From positions 179,160 to 243,159 of the forward strand of contig NIVC01001740.1 of NCBI GenBank assembly GCA_002269645.1: a stretch of DNA of 64,000 nucleotides, written 5' to 3'. Made by a program: the position numbers and the translations under genes. Position 1 is the first letter of the stretch; every line of letters begins with the position of its first letter. Positions 36,630 to 49,014 of this stretch are shown in pieces. Source of the DNA: Macrostomum lignano (Eukaryota). The notes beneath the pieces were generated by a model. It was not told where the DNA came from. It worked only from the letters and a program-made list of their open reading frames with translations, and did not search any database.

Positions 36630-38300
36630 CACATTCCTCTCGCTCCTCTCTCCTCTCTCTCCTCTCTCTCCTCTCTCTCGCTCCTCTCGCTCCTCTCGCT
36701 CCTCTCTCCTCTCTCTCCTCTCTCTCGCTCCTCTCGCTCCTCTCGCTCCTCTCTCCTCTCTCTCCTCTCGCTCCTCTCTCCTCTCTCTCCTCTCGCTCCT
36801 CTCGCTCCTCTCTCTCCTCTCGCTCCTCTCTCCTCTCTCTCTCCTCTCGCTCCTCTCGCTCCTCTCTCTCCTCTCTCTCCTCTCTCTCCTCTCTCTCCTC
36901 TCGCTCCTCTCGCTCCTCTTTCTCCTCTGTCTCCCCTCTCTCCTCTCGTTCCTCTCTCCTCTCTCTCTCCCCGCTCCTCTCTCTCGCTCCCCTCTCTCCT
37001 CTCTCTCCTCTCGCTCCTCTCTCCTCTCTCTCCCCGCTCCTCTCTCTCGCTCCCCTCTCGCTCCTCTCTCTCCTCTCGCTCCTCTCTCCTCTCTCTCTCC
37101 TCTCGCTCCTCTCGCTCCTCTCTCTCCTCTCGCTCCTCTCTCTCCTCTCTCTCCTCTCGCTCCTCTCGCTCCTCTTTCTCCTCTGTCTCCCCTCTCTCCT
37201 CTCGTTCCTCTCTCCTCTCTCTCCCCCGCTCCTCTCTCTCGCTCCCCTCTCTCCTCTCTCTCCTCTCGCTCCTCTCTCCTCTCTCTCCCCCGCTCCTCTC
37301 TCTCGCTCCCCTCTCGCTCCTCTCTCTCCTCTCGCTCCTCTCTCCTCTCTCTCTCCTCTCGCTCCTCTCGCTCCTCTCTCTCCTCTCGCTCCTCTCTCTC
37401 CTCTCTCTCCTCTCGCTCCTCTCGCTCCTCTTTCTCCTCTGTCTCCCCTCTCTCCTCTCGTTCCTCTCTCCTCTCTCTCCCCCGCTCCTCTCTCTCGCTC
37501 CCCTCTCTCCTCTCTCTCCTCTCGCTCCTCTCTCCTCTCTCTCCCCCGCTCCTCTCTCTCGCTCCCCTCTCTCCTCTCTCTCCTCTCGCTCCTCTCTCCT
37601 CTCTCTCCTCTCGCTCCTCTCTCCTCTCTCTCCTCTCGCTCCTCTCTCTCTCTCTCCTCTCTCTCCTCTCTCCTCTCTCTCCCCCCGCTCCTCTCTCTCG
37701 CTCCCCTCTCTCCTCTCTCTCCTCTCGCTCCTCTCTCCTCTCTCTCCTCTCGCTCCTCTCTCCTCTCTCTCCTCTCGCTCCTCTCTCCTCTCTCTCCTCT
37801 CGCTCCTCTCTTTTTCTCTCCTCTCTCTCCTCTCTCTCCTCTCTCTCCTGTCTCTCCTCTCTCCTCTCTCTTCTCTCTCTCCTCTCTCTCCTCTCTCTCC
37901 TCTCTCTCCTCTCTCTCCTCTCGCTCCTCTCTTTTTCTCTCCTCTCTCTCCTCTCTCTCCTCTCTCTCCTGTCTCTCCTCTCTCCTCTCTCTTCTCTCTC
38001 TCCTCTCTCTCCTCTCTCTCCTCTCTCTCCTCTCTCTCTCTCTCTCCTCTCTCTCCTCTCTCTCCTGTCTCTCCTCTCTCCTCTCTCTCCTCTCCTCTCC
38101 CTCTCTCTCCTCTCTCTCCTCTCTCTCTCCTCTCCTTCCTCTCTCTCCTCTCTCTCCTCTCGCTCCCCTCTCTCCTCTCTCCTCTCTCCTCTCTCTTCTC
38201 TCTTCTCTTTCGCTTTTCGCTTCTCTCTTCTTTCCTTCCTCTCATTTCCTTACTTCTCTTTTTCTATTTACTTCTCTTCTTCTCCTTACTCTTCATCCTT
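36630..38300. repeat. CT-rich low-complexity array (ctctcgctcctct variants)
   Basis: Seen directly; the L/S/P and E/R/G ORFs here are artefacts. Confidence 0.95.
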
Positions 38301-38921
38301 GAGTACTTTTGGTGTACTCAAGCCCACTTCAGCCCACTTCAGTGGCGCCCACTTTAGGCCCACTAACTTCAATGCATTATTGTCAGCAAAACCAGAGTCT
38401 GAATCTGATGCCACTTAATCTGCTTGAATTTTGACTGCAACACTCGTCTCTTCCTTCTTTCTAAATTTTCTTCCTAAACCCAAACCTGCAACTCCTGAGT
38501 TCCTAAGTACATCCATTTGTGACAGACTTTCTACGTCCAGCTCTTTTCTAAACCCCATTTGCCTGATCAATGAACTGACGAATTTGAATAGTGCAAAATC
38601 GTGGCAACTTAACAATGCTATTTGAAAGAAATGAGCAAGAATTAAAATGAAAGTGCTTAAGATCCCTCCGGCTGCCAATCGAAATACGACCACCAATTAA
38701 AAAGCCTTTCATCAGATCCACGGGCTGGTAGTCACGAGCTCGCATTACCAGAAAAAACTGCGCGGCAGGCATATGAGTTGTCATTAATTATTTTGATTGG
38801 CAGTTTCAGAATTTCCAGGCTAGACTTTTGGTTTCTATGTCTTGGATTCAAGTGGCGGTGTGGAGAGAGAGGAGAGAGAGGAGAGAGAGGAGAGAGAGGA
38901 GAGAGAGGAGAAGAGAGGAGA

Positions 38922-39405
38922 NNNNNNNNNNNNNNNNNNNNNNNNNNNNNNNNNNNNNNNNNNNNNNNNNNNNNNNNNNNNNNNNNNNNNNNNNNNNNNN
39001 NNNNNNNNNNNNNNNNNNNNNNNNNNNNNNNNNNNNNNNNNNNNNNNNNNNNNNNNNNNNNNNNNNNNNNNNNNNNNNNNNNNNNNNNNNNNNNNNNNNN
39101 NNNNNNNNNNNNNNNNNNNNNNNNNNNNNNNNNNNNNNNNNNNNNNNNNNNNNNNNNNNNNNNNNNNNNNNNNNNNNNNNNNNNNNNNNNNNNNNNNNNN
39201 NNNNNNNNNNNNNNNNNNNNNNNNNNNNNNNNNNNNNNNNNNNNNNNNNNNNNNNNNNNNNNNNNNNNNNNNNNNNNNNNNNNNNNNNNNNNNNNNNNNN
39301 NNNNNNNNNNNNNNNNNNNNNNNNNNNNNNNNNNNNNNNNNNNNNNNNNNNNNNNNNNNNNNNNNNNNNNNNNNNNNNNNNNNNNNNNNNNNNNNNNNNN
39401 NNNNN
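38922..39405. other. Assembly gap (484 N) flanked by GA-rich repeats
   Basis: N run in the sequence. Confidence 1.
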
Positions 39406-40559
39406 GAGAGAGAGGAGAGAGAGGAGAGAGAGGAGGGAGAGCAGAGAGAGGTGAGAGAGGAGCGAGAGAAGTAGAGGAAGACAGAAAGGGAGAGTAGAAT
39501 GCAGGAAGTGAGGCGGCTCAAGGCTAGATAAGGAAGAGTAACCCAATTTGCAATCCAGTTCTGTCTGGAAAGCGCAGCGGCAGAGCAGCACTTGTCACAG
39601 CAGCTCTAAAAACTGGAGCATTCGCTGGCCGAACTCCCCGCCCCCTCCACGTTAAATTCAGATCCCCATTCGCTCTTATTTGTTTGCTGCTTTCCAGGAA
39701 CGCCGGGGAGAGGGAGAGGATGGGTGGTGGTGGTGAGGTAGGAGATGGGGCCCCCGGATGGGAAACATGGAGAGGGATGCGGAAGGCAGTGGGAGAAGTG
39801 CAAAGCGTTTGGGGTGGGACCATTCAGCATGGCTAGGCTACAGGCTTTACTCTGTCAGGGGAGGAGCGCGCCTGCAGGGACAGAGGGCTGAGAGCCTTTG
39901 GGGGCGGGTGGGAGAGCGGAGGCGGGGGCGGCTGATTCTCCCCTGAGGGTGGGTCGGCGGTTAGGGACGCCAGCGGGTAAGCAGGGGGACAGGGGAGTGG
40001 AGGGGATTCTAGATGGGAGTGTGTGTGAGGACCGCCAGTCTCCTTCTCGCCTATCCTAAGCCAGGCCCCGCTGTGTCTACTTTTATGCCCCTCTGCCCTT
40101 CCTCCCTCAGCTCCACAGCCAACGATCTTTGGCCATCCCCATTGCGTGGCTGGATTTTTCTCCCCTAGGATACTGGGATTATACCCACCCCCCGCCTCGT
40201 GTCTCTTCCCCGTCTCGCCTTCCCACACCGCGCACAGGCTAAGCAAAGCCCGAGTCACGCATCAGGCGCTGAAGGCTTTGGTGTTAGTAAGGTTAGTCAG
40301 TCAGGTGTGTTCAAACCTGAAGCTTAATTCATTCTTTATAAACTTCAAGACGTGAAATCGAGCGATTAGCAGACGGCTGACAAGATGTGATGGATGGAAT
40401 GAATATTCTCTGATAAGATTGTCAGAGGATCTCCACAGGCCCTGCGGAGGCGTCATCTGTAGCTACTGAGTTAAAGTTAAGGTGAGTTGTTCTGTAATCT
40501 ATTATCGCTGAGACGTGGAGACGAGAGAGGAGTAGAGGGGTGAGACGTATAGGGGTACA

Positions 40560-40930
40560 AGTTGGTGGGTAAGAAGCAGATGGCTGAAAAATAGAAGGGG
40601 TTAGAATTAGAGAGCAGATAAGTAGTGATGAGAAGTAGAGAGTGAGAAGTAGAGGGGTGAAAAGTAGAGGGGTCAAAAGTAGAGGGGTGAAAAGTAGAGG
40701 GGTCAGAAGTAGAGGGGTGAAAAGTAGAGTTAGAAGCAGTGGGTGAAAAGTAAAGATGAGGGGTGAGAAGTAGAGGGGTGAGAAGTAGAGGGGTGAGAAG
40801 TAGAGGGGTCAGAAGTAGAGGGGTCAGAAGTAGAGGGGTGAAAAGTAGAGTTAGAAGCAGTGGGTGAAAAGTAAAGATGAAGGGTGAGAAGTAGAGGGGT
40901 GAGAAATAGAGGGCTGAGAAGATAGGGCGA
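40560..40930. repeat. 16-bp minisatellite (agaagtagaggggtga)
   Basis: Seen directly. Confidence 0.9.
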
Positions 40931-41027
40931 GAATCAGATGGCTGAGAACTAGAGAGAGAGTAGACCTACATACTCATAGAGAAGCCGCTCCGCACACAGG
41001 CAGCAGTGGGAGCCGAGCACCAGCGGC

Positions 41028-44000
41028 ATGACCTCCATGACCGGTCTGTGCACGCTGGCGTCAGGCGAGGCGGACAGCGGTCTGGAGCGGATCATCCAGC
41101 TGCGGCTGACGCCCGACTGCCTGACGGTCCAGGAGGAGGTGGTGAGCCAGGAGGGCAGCACCAACCAGTTTGATCAGTCTGGGCTGCCCGTGCTCCGCGA
41201 GATTTCTCTGTGCCGCGACCACCGCGGCAGCTTCGGGTTCAGCGTCCGCGGCGGCAGCGAGAACCGCCTGCCGGTGCTGGTGTCTCACGTGCAGAAAGGC
41301 ATGCCGGCCTTCAAAACCAAAGCGCTGTTTATCGGCGACGCCATCCTGCGGATCGACCAGGCCAGCGTGGAGGGCGCCACGCACGACGAGGTGGTGGAGC
41401 GCTTGAAGAATGCTGGACAGCAGGTGAGCTGATGGGGAGCGCTTGAAGAATGCTGGACAGCAGGTGAGCTGATGGGGAGCGCTTGAAGAATGCTGGACAG
41501 CAGGTGAGCTGATGGGGAGCGCTTGAAGAATGCTGGACAGCAGGTGAGCTGATGGGAGTTGAGACTGGGGTGATGGGGATTTGAGGCTGGGGTGATGGTG
41601 GATCTGAGACTGGGGTGATGGGATCTGAGACTGGGGTGATGGGGATCTGAGACTGGGGTGATGGGGATCTGAGGCTGTGGTGATGGGGATCTGAGACTGG
41701 GGTGATGAGGATCTGAGGCTGTGGTGATGGGGATCTGAGACTGATGTGATGGGGATCTGAGACTGATGTGATGGAGATCTGAGACTGATGTGATGGGGAT
41801 CTGAGACTGGGGTGATGGGGATCTGAGACTGGGGTGATGGGGATCTGAGGCTGGGGTGATGGGGATCTGAGGCTGGGGTGATGAGGATCTGAGGCTGTGG
41901 TGATCGGGATCTGAGGCTGGAGTGATGGGGATTTGAAGCTGGGGTGATGGGGAACTTTGGGATTGGGATGATGGGGGTCTGAGATCAGGGACCAGTGTGT
42001 GTGTGTGTGTGTGTGTTTGTAAGACATCTATAATGGATTTCCAGTGTATTTCAATAATTCAAGGTGTAACAGAGATGATCAAGACTCTATCATAGCATCT
42101 TCTAGACCTGAGATTGAATTATACTCGTAGTTTGAGCAATTCCTGCTGGATTTAAGCAATAGATTATTTGACCAAGATAAGAAATCGACTTTCTCCTCCA
42201 ATTTACTAAGAAAGTACATCAACTGCTGCTTGCAACATTTTGCCTGTCTGTGCTATTCTGGCTAATCTTCATTTGCATTTTTAAGTCTGCGTATCAATCT
42301 CGTCTCTGCACTCTGAGATTTTTCTGCCAACATATGCTGCTATACTGAATTTTTATATGAAAAATGATGCGATCAGTGCTGCGAGTGTAGTGCGAAAAAT
42401 TAATCATTTGCAAGCGTTTGGAATAGATATCAAGCTGCGATTTGTCAGCTATTCTCAGTGGAGACGTCAGATTGTCAGTGGGGATGTCAGATTGTCAATG
42501 GGGATGTCAGATTATCATTGAGGGTGTCAGATTGTCAGTGGGGATGTCAGATTGTCAGCGGGGATGTCAGATTGTCAGCGGGGATGTCAAATTATCATTG
42601 AGGGTGTCAGATTGTCAGTGGGGATGTCAGATTGTCAACAAGGGTGTCAGGAAGGCTGCAGCGGCACCCGCCACCGCCGCTCCGGCAGGTTACTCTGGTG
42701 GTGAAGCACTTCCGTGAGGCCGCCAAGCTGTTGCACGAGCAGGCCGGCTCCTCGAACTCCGCGGCCAGCGCTGGTCGCGCTGCCGGCAGCGGCGCCACGT
42801 CGGCCAATCATCGGGACTCGTCGCGGAGAACTTCGTCGAACGCAGCCGTGACCTCCGCGCCAGAAAGTCCGCCGTCGCTTCCGCCGCCGCCGCCGCAGCC
42901 TTCGCCGCCGCCGCCGCCGCCGCAGCCTTCGCAGCCGCAGTTAAGGTGCTCGTCCAGCGAGGATCTCCTCCTTGATCCGGTAGTGGACGAGCCGGGCGCG
43001 AGCTCGACGGCTGCCCGACTCAACCTCGGCGGCTTCTCCATTGGCGGCGCCTTCAACAACAACCGGAACAATGGCGAAATCGTTGATGACGATCTTGATG
43101 GCTTCGAGGCGGGCCTGGCGCCGCCGGCCAACCCGTGGGTGCTGCGGACTCCGTCAGCTGGCGGCGCGACGATCGCTGAAGCTCGGGCGCCGATCGCATC
43201 AGAGTCGTTCTCGACTGTGCGCAGCAACTCGTCCACAGGCTCCGGCTTCTGGCAGCAGCAGCACCAGACTCCACCGGAGCCGCCGCCTCAGCTGCCGCCA
43301 CCGCCGCCTCCGCTGCCGCCGCCGCCCGCCGCTCGGCACAGCCGCTCCTCGTCAACTTCGTCAAAGGCCTCGCTGTTGGCGCCGATCAACGACACCGATC
43401 GGTGCACAGTCTTCGCCAACCGCAACGCCAACAGCAGCCGAGGCAGCAGCGGGAACCACCATCGCCGAAGCCAGCAGGTTGGAGACTCCTCGCTGGCTGA
43501 AGCCTGGCAGCAGCGGAACCACAGCCAGCAGCCGCAGCGGCCCTGTCAGGAGCGCTCCTGGATCGACGTGATGACGGTGCCGCTGAAGTACGGCCGGGTG
43601 ACGCGCTATCAGCCGAACTCCGACCAGCTGCGGCGGTGCAGCTTCGAAGTCGTCGGCTTGAACGGTCATTCTACCGGCTGTCTGCTGTTCTCCAGCTTCG
43701 AGGAGTTCAACAAATGGTTCACAGTGGTGCACAGCAACATCCGCCAGCTCATGGAGTCGGAGGTGTCCAGATTCAACGAGCGAATCGGGACGGATTTTCC
43801 GCCGAAGACCGAGCCGCTGCTCTACATGGGCTGGCTGGGCCTGACTCTGCACGACTCGCCGCAGCTCAGCCGGCTGTGGCAGGACGTCTTCCTGGCGCTG
43901 CGAGGCGACGACTTGATGCTGTTTGAGGTGCCGCCAATCTTCCTGGACGACTGGAAGAGCGCCTCGGTCAAGGAGAAAGTCTACAAATGCGTCATCAGAG

Positions 44001-44824
44001 TCCTTGACGACGAGGAGCTGCTGGACAAGCGATTGAATGCGTTCTTCCTGCACTGCGGCAGCGCGCACACCTTCTACATGAGCGCCGCGACGGTGGGAGA
44101 CGTCAGCCGCCTCGAGCGGTGCTGGTTTCGGGCCACGTCCAATTCGCTGGCGAAGAAGTCCGCGGTCGGGTCACCCGTGCTGTTTAAGGTGGCGTTTGAA
44201 TTGCGTTTTGTTGTTCTGAGCTTTCTTTTGTTTCTTAACATGACATGCCGTTTTCAACTCTTGTCCGTCGCCTTAAATTCTTGTCTGTAGCCTTAAATTC
44301 TTGTCTGCAGCCTTAAATTCTTGTCTGTAGCCTTAAATTCTTGTCCGTATCCTTAGATTCTTGTCCATTGCCTTAAATTCTTGTCCGTAGCCTTGACTTC
44401 TTGTCCGTGTCCTAAACATTCTTGTCCGTAGCCTTGACATTTAGCCTCAAGCCTCGTGCAATTACTGTTTATATTATGTCAGGTGAGCCACAATGGCCAA
44501 GAAGGCCAGCTGGTGTTCGACCTGGACAAAGGCATCAGTTTTGCGGTCGGCCAGCAGTGCCTGTGGACATACAGGTTCGCCTGTCTGAAGCGAAGCTACG
44601 ACGATAGAGACAGGAAGCTGTTTCTGCACTTCCAGGATCCCGGAAGCTCCACATCGTTGCTGACCGACGCTGCCACCACTTCTTCGACAGCGGATGGCTG
44701 CGTCAGCGGCGTTGCCATCGTCAAGGAGGTCGAGGTGCCCGATCTTCAGCTACTGTTGATTGTGCTGCATTCGTTCCTGTCCAGCAAGCTCACAGCGGTG
44801 GACCCGCAGTTCCTGAAGCCGTGA
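41028..44824 (+). CDS. SNTG1: Gamma-syntrophin-like scaffold (split PH, PDZ, PH2, SU domain), ~745 aa, 3 exons
   Basis: Exons 41028-41423, 42689-44188 and 44483-44824, all phase 0. PDZ (GSFGFSVRGGSENRLPVLVSHV...HDEVVERLKNAGQQ|VTLVVKHFRE), PH2 (LYMGWL...FLALRG), and a C-terminal LHSFLSSKLTAVDPQFL resembling gamma-syntrophins. A further 5' exon is possible. Confidence 0.9.
41560..41995. repeat. 22-bp G-rich minisatellite (gatggggatctgagactggggt) in syntrophin intron 1
   Basis: Seen directly. Confidence 0.92.
42440..42650. repeat. 20-bp minisatellite (gatgtcagattgtcagtggg) just before the syntrophin exon 2 acceptor
   Basis: Seen directly. Confidence 0.85.
44268..44440. repeat. 20-bp minisatellite (gccttaaattcttgtctgta) in syntrophin intron 2
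   Basis: Seen directly. Confidence 0.9.
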
Positions 44825-45094
44825 AGAGTGCGTCTGCGTGGCTGAGCTGATAAAAGTACAAAATTCTTGTTAGATATTTTCAATCTCATTGAGCCCCTAT
44901 GCAATGCATCGATATCAGAGATAATGTCTTTTACAAGCATGTATAATGATTGCACATGAAATTTGCATATTCTAAAGCTGCACTCAGCTGTGAGTTGACA
45001 GTAGGAAAGTTGAAATGTCTTTTAGGCGTTTGGGAACAGCCAACAAATAAACTCTCAATTTCAATCAGGCACGATGTACATCTAACAGGGCCGA

Positions 45095-45790
45095 GACACT
45101 CGTGTCTAACACAGGTGACACTCTAGTCTAACACAGGTGACACTCTAGTCTAACACAGGTGACACTCTAGTCTAACACAGGTGTGACACTCTAGTCTAAC
45201 ACAGGTGACACTCTAGTCTAACACAGGTGTGACACTCTAGTCTAACACAGGTGTGACACTCTAGTCTAACACAGGTGTGACACTCTAGTCTAACACAGGT
45301 GTGACACTCGTGTTTAACACAGGTGTGACACTCGTGTCTAACACAGGTGACACTCTAGTCTAACACAGGTGACACTCTAGTCTAACACAGGTGTGACACT
45401 CGTGTTTAACACAGGTGTGACACTCGTGTCTAACACAGGTGACACTCTAGTCTAACACAGGTGAAACTCTAGTCTAACACAGGTGATACTCTAGTCTAAC
45501 ACAGGTGACACTCTAGTCTAACACAGGTGACACTCTAGTCTAACACAGGTGTGACACTCTAGTCTAACACAGGTGATACTCTAGTCTAACACAGGTGATA
45601 CTCTAGTCTAACACAGGTCTGACACTCTAGTCTAACACAGGTCTGACACTCTAGTCTAACACAGGTGACACTCTAGTCTAACACAGGTGACACTCTAGTC
45701 TAACACAGGTGACACTCTAGTCTAACACAGGTGACACTCTAGTCTAACACAGGTGACACTCTAGTCTAACACAGGCGACACTCTAGTCTA
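45095..45790. repeat. 22/24-bp minisatellite (ctctagtctaacacaggtgaca)
   Basis: Seen directly. Confidence 0.95.
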
Positions 45791-46194
45791 GTAGCTGACA
45801 AGAATTAGTCCCAGAACAGCTGATGGCTTCTATCCACGGACACCGCATCCACACCGCACATGTACAAATGTTGAAACCTGTAATACTGTCAGCTATCACA
45901 GTAATCCGTAAACTTTTATTTTCCGCCCGACAAACCAATGCAGCCCAACTACAAGTGAGCCGTGTATTTCTGAATAGTTTTCTATAATCTCACATCATGA
46001 CATAAGCAAACAATCCAAACATGTAGAAATACTTGAGCTTCTTCATATCGGATATGTTGAAGTTGTGCAGTTCTGAAATAAAGCGCTGAACTTGAAATAC
46101 TAGTCTGCTGTTTAATTTGCTTGCAAGCATATTTTTGTCACAGAAAGTCATATTGCCACTCTCTTGCAATTTTCTATTTATTATTTTCGTAGTA

Positions 46195-46627
46195 AAATGT
46201 TACTAAGGCAGCATTGGTTGCTATGGAGCATAGTTACTAAGGCAGCATTGGTTGCTATGCAGCATAGTTACTAAGGCAGCATTGGTTGCTATGCAGCCTA
46301 GTTACTAAGGCAGCATTGGTTGCTATGCAGCATAGTTACTAAGGCAGCATTGGTTGCTATGCAGCCTAGTTACTAAGGCAGCATTGGTTGCTATGCAGCA
46401 TAGTTACTAAGAATCAAATCATTGGTTGCTATGCAGAATAGTTACTAAGAATTAAATCATTGGTTGCTATGCAGCATAGTTACTAAGAATTAAATCTTTG
46501 GTTGCTATGCAGCATAGTTACTAAGGCAGAATTGGTTGCTATGCAGCATAGTTACTAAGAAATCATTGGTTGCTATGCAGCATAGTTACTAAGAATTAAA
46601 TCATTGGTTGCTATGCAGAATAGTTAC
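46195..46627. repeat. 33-bp minisatellite (gttactaaggcagcattggttgctatgcagcata)
   Basis: Seen directly. Confidence 0.93.
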
Positions 46628-46775
46628 GAAGGAAGGCGATAAAATTTTCCTAATACTACCTGTTGATCCTGGTAATTAAAATGGCTGCAACATCTGCAAC
46701 ACTTTCTCTCACCACCGAGCTGGTGGTGTCCGCCATTCACAAGTGGACCAACGCCGAACTGATAATATATCATGG

Positions 46776-46998
46776 AAATAATACTAATAATAATAATAAT
46801 TCATTACACCTGCCTTACTGGGCAGATGTGCAACGGACAGCTCAGCCGCAGCTATTGCACGGCGCATCTGAAGGCTGCGTACGGCTGTTCAGTCCAAGGA
46901 CTTGGGGGTCGCCACACACCCTCAAATACCCCAGACAATTACTGGCACCCATTTTACAGCTGGGTGAACTGAAGCAGTGCAGACTTCAGTGTCTTGCA
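46776..46998 (-). mobile_element. CORE-SINE family B, 3' part with (TTA)n tail
   Basis: Reverse complement matches 55365-55500 (gcaagacact...cttcagt..accc.g.tgtaaaatgggtgcc, ggcgaccccc, ccttggactgaacagccg) and continues into an attattatt tail. Confidence 0.7.
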
Positions 46999-47909
46999 GT
47001 CCATCATGGAGCGCCAACAGTTGACAGCATCATGCTGCTCCATCAACACGGAGCTTCTCCCAATTTGCTATCAACTGACAATGAGGTGAAAAAGTCTCTA
47101 TGGTATAGCAATCGTTTTGTACATGGATCTTCTTGTGAAAGACCCGGACTGCAGCGAATATGCTCATAACTTCCAGAAGGAACACTGATGCCTCATTGAC
47201 TTGCGCACCAGGGGTCTGCGAAGCCTCTCTATATCTAGACCTTGGGTCCTTTCAAACTTCGCAATATAGCAATCCGGCCCACGCAAGGCTTTTGTCTCTT
47301 CTCAGGTCTCTTCTCTCTCACTTTCTCTCCTCTCCTCTCTCTCTAATCTCCCCTCGTTCCTCTCTCTTCTAGAACTTCTTCTGAATCTTTTAGATAGCTA
47401 AAAAAATAGGAAATGAATTTTTATTTACACAGGCATAATTTGTAGAAAGTACGACTCGAACTTTTATTTCAGAGCCCGAGTTCAAACGAACCGTGAGGAC
47501 TGCAGAGAGTGGAAAAATTAAATCCAAGTGAACCGATTCTCTCGACTCTGTTATATACTGCATTGCTGTTCATTGAAGCGATTCGTACCATACAGCATGC
47601 AGAAGTTTAATAGTCAGAAGCTATAGAAACTCCTACATATATAGTTTCATTTTATTAGCAATTCTGTCAATCGAGAAATTTTCCATATCATGCGTTTCCC
47701 TGATTGATCGGCTTTGCGCATAGAGGAGCGCTGCTTGAGCCTCCGAGTCTTCTATTGCTTCGAGTAGTTAATCAGTCTCTTGCGCTCGAATCATATTTTG
47801 CATCGGATGTTGCCTGCCTGTCTGTACCATGTATAGCATCTAAGTCTGTATTCGCGTCTGCATGTCGGTTCGTTTGTTTTTGCCTGCATTAGTGAATGAC
47901 TGTATGCCG

Positions 47910-48580
47910 ATGTCTGTGTCTGTCTGTCTGTCTGCCTGTCTCTCTGTCTGTCTGCCTATTTGCCCGTCTGTCTGTCTGCCTGTCTCTCTGTCTGTCTGCC
48001 TATTTACCCGTCTGTCTGTCTCTCTGTCTGTCTGCCTATTTGCCCGTCTGTCTGTCTGCCTGTCTCTCTGTCTGTCTGCCTATTTGCCCGTCTGTCTGTC
48101 TCTCTGTCTGTCTGCCTGTCTGTCTTAGTGTCCGTCTGTCTGTCTGTCTGTCTGCCTGTCTGCTTGTCTGTCTGCCTATTTGCCCGTCTGTCTGTCTGCC
48201 TGCCCGTCTGTCTGTCTGCCTATTTGCCCATCTGTCTGCCTGTCTGTCTTAGTGTCCGTCTGTCTGTCTGTCTGTCTGTCTTAGTGTCTGTCTGCTTGTC
48301 TGTCTTAGTGTCTGTCTGCTTGTCTGTCTTAGTGTCTGTCTGCTTGTCTGTCTTAGTGTCTCTGCTTTTCTGTCTTAGTGTCTGTCTGCTTGTCTGTCTT
48401 AGTGTCTCTGCTTTTCTGTCTTAGTGTCTGTCTGCTTGTCTGTCTTAGTGTCTGTCTGCTTGTCTGTTTGTCTGTCTTAGTGTCTGTCTGTTTGTCTGTC
48501 TTAGTGTCTGTCTGCTTGTCTGTTTGTCTGTCTTAGTGTCTGTCTGCTTGTCTGTCTTAGTGTCTGTCTGCTTGTCTGTT
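47910..48580. repeat. Degenerate (CTGT)n/(GTCTTAGT) compound microsatellite
   Basis: Seen directly. Confidence 0.9.
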
Positions 48581-49014
48581 TCAGCCCATTGAGCCTGGAG
48601 AGAGCCATACCCTGACTAGCCAAAGGCGTTCTTTTGTTCGATCTCTGAAGAATATCGAAGTCTTCTTAATGAATTGGGGGAATTCCTTGATGCAATTAGG
48701 GGAGACAAATTCTAGTCAGGCTGAATCCAGGATTAGCTACACGGAGAATAATTAATTGTATATCAGCTATTCTAACCTTTCAGAAGAATCAGACCACAAA
48801 GAGACAGTTAATCAGCTTTATTAACTAGCAAGGCCAGCTACAATTCTATGAAACCGTGAAACTGCTAAACCGTAGCCGATGCCGAATCTAATATCGAAAT
48901 ATCTGCATTGCCTACCGTGCACTCAATTTCATTAGCCGATGGCCAAGAAAAGACTGCAGACAGAATAGAAGTGCAAAATTTCCCTCTGACTGTAGAGGTA
49001 GAAAAGGACAAGAC

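Noticed and set aside
36509-39591. Long L/S/P and E/R/G ORFs and X-containing ORFs
   Set aside because: CT/GA low-complexity DNA and the N gap. The apparent CT-then-GA inversion cannot be judged across a gap.
46663-47169. 168-aa ORF
   Set aside because: Largely the antisense CORE-SINE and its (TAA)n tail; no domain.
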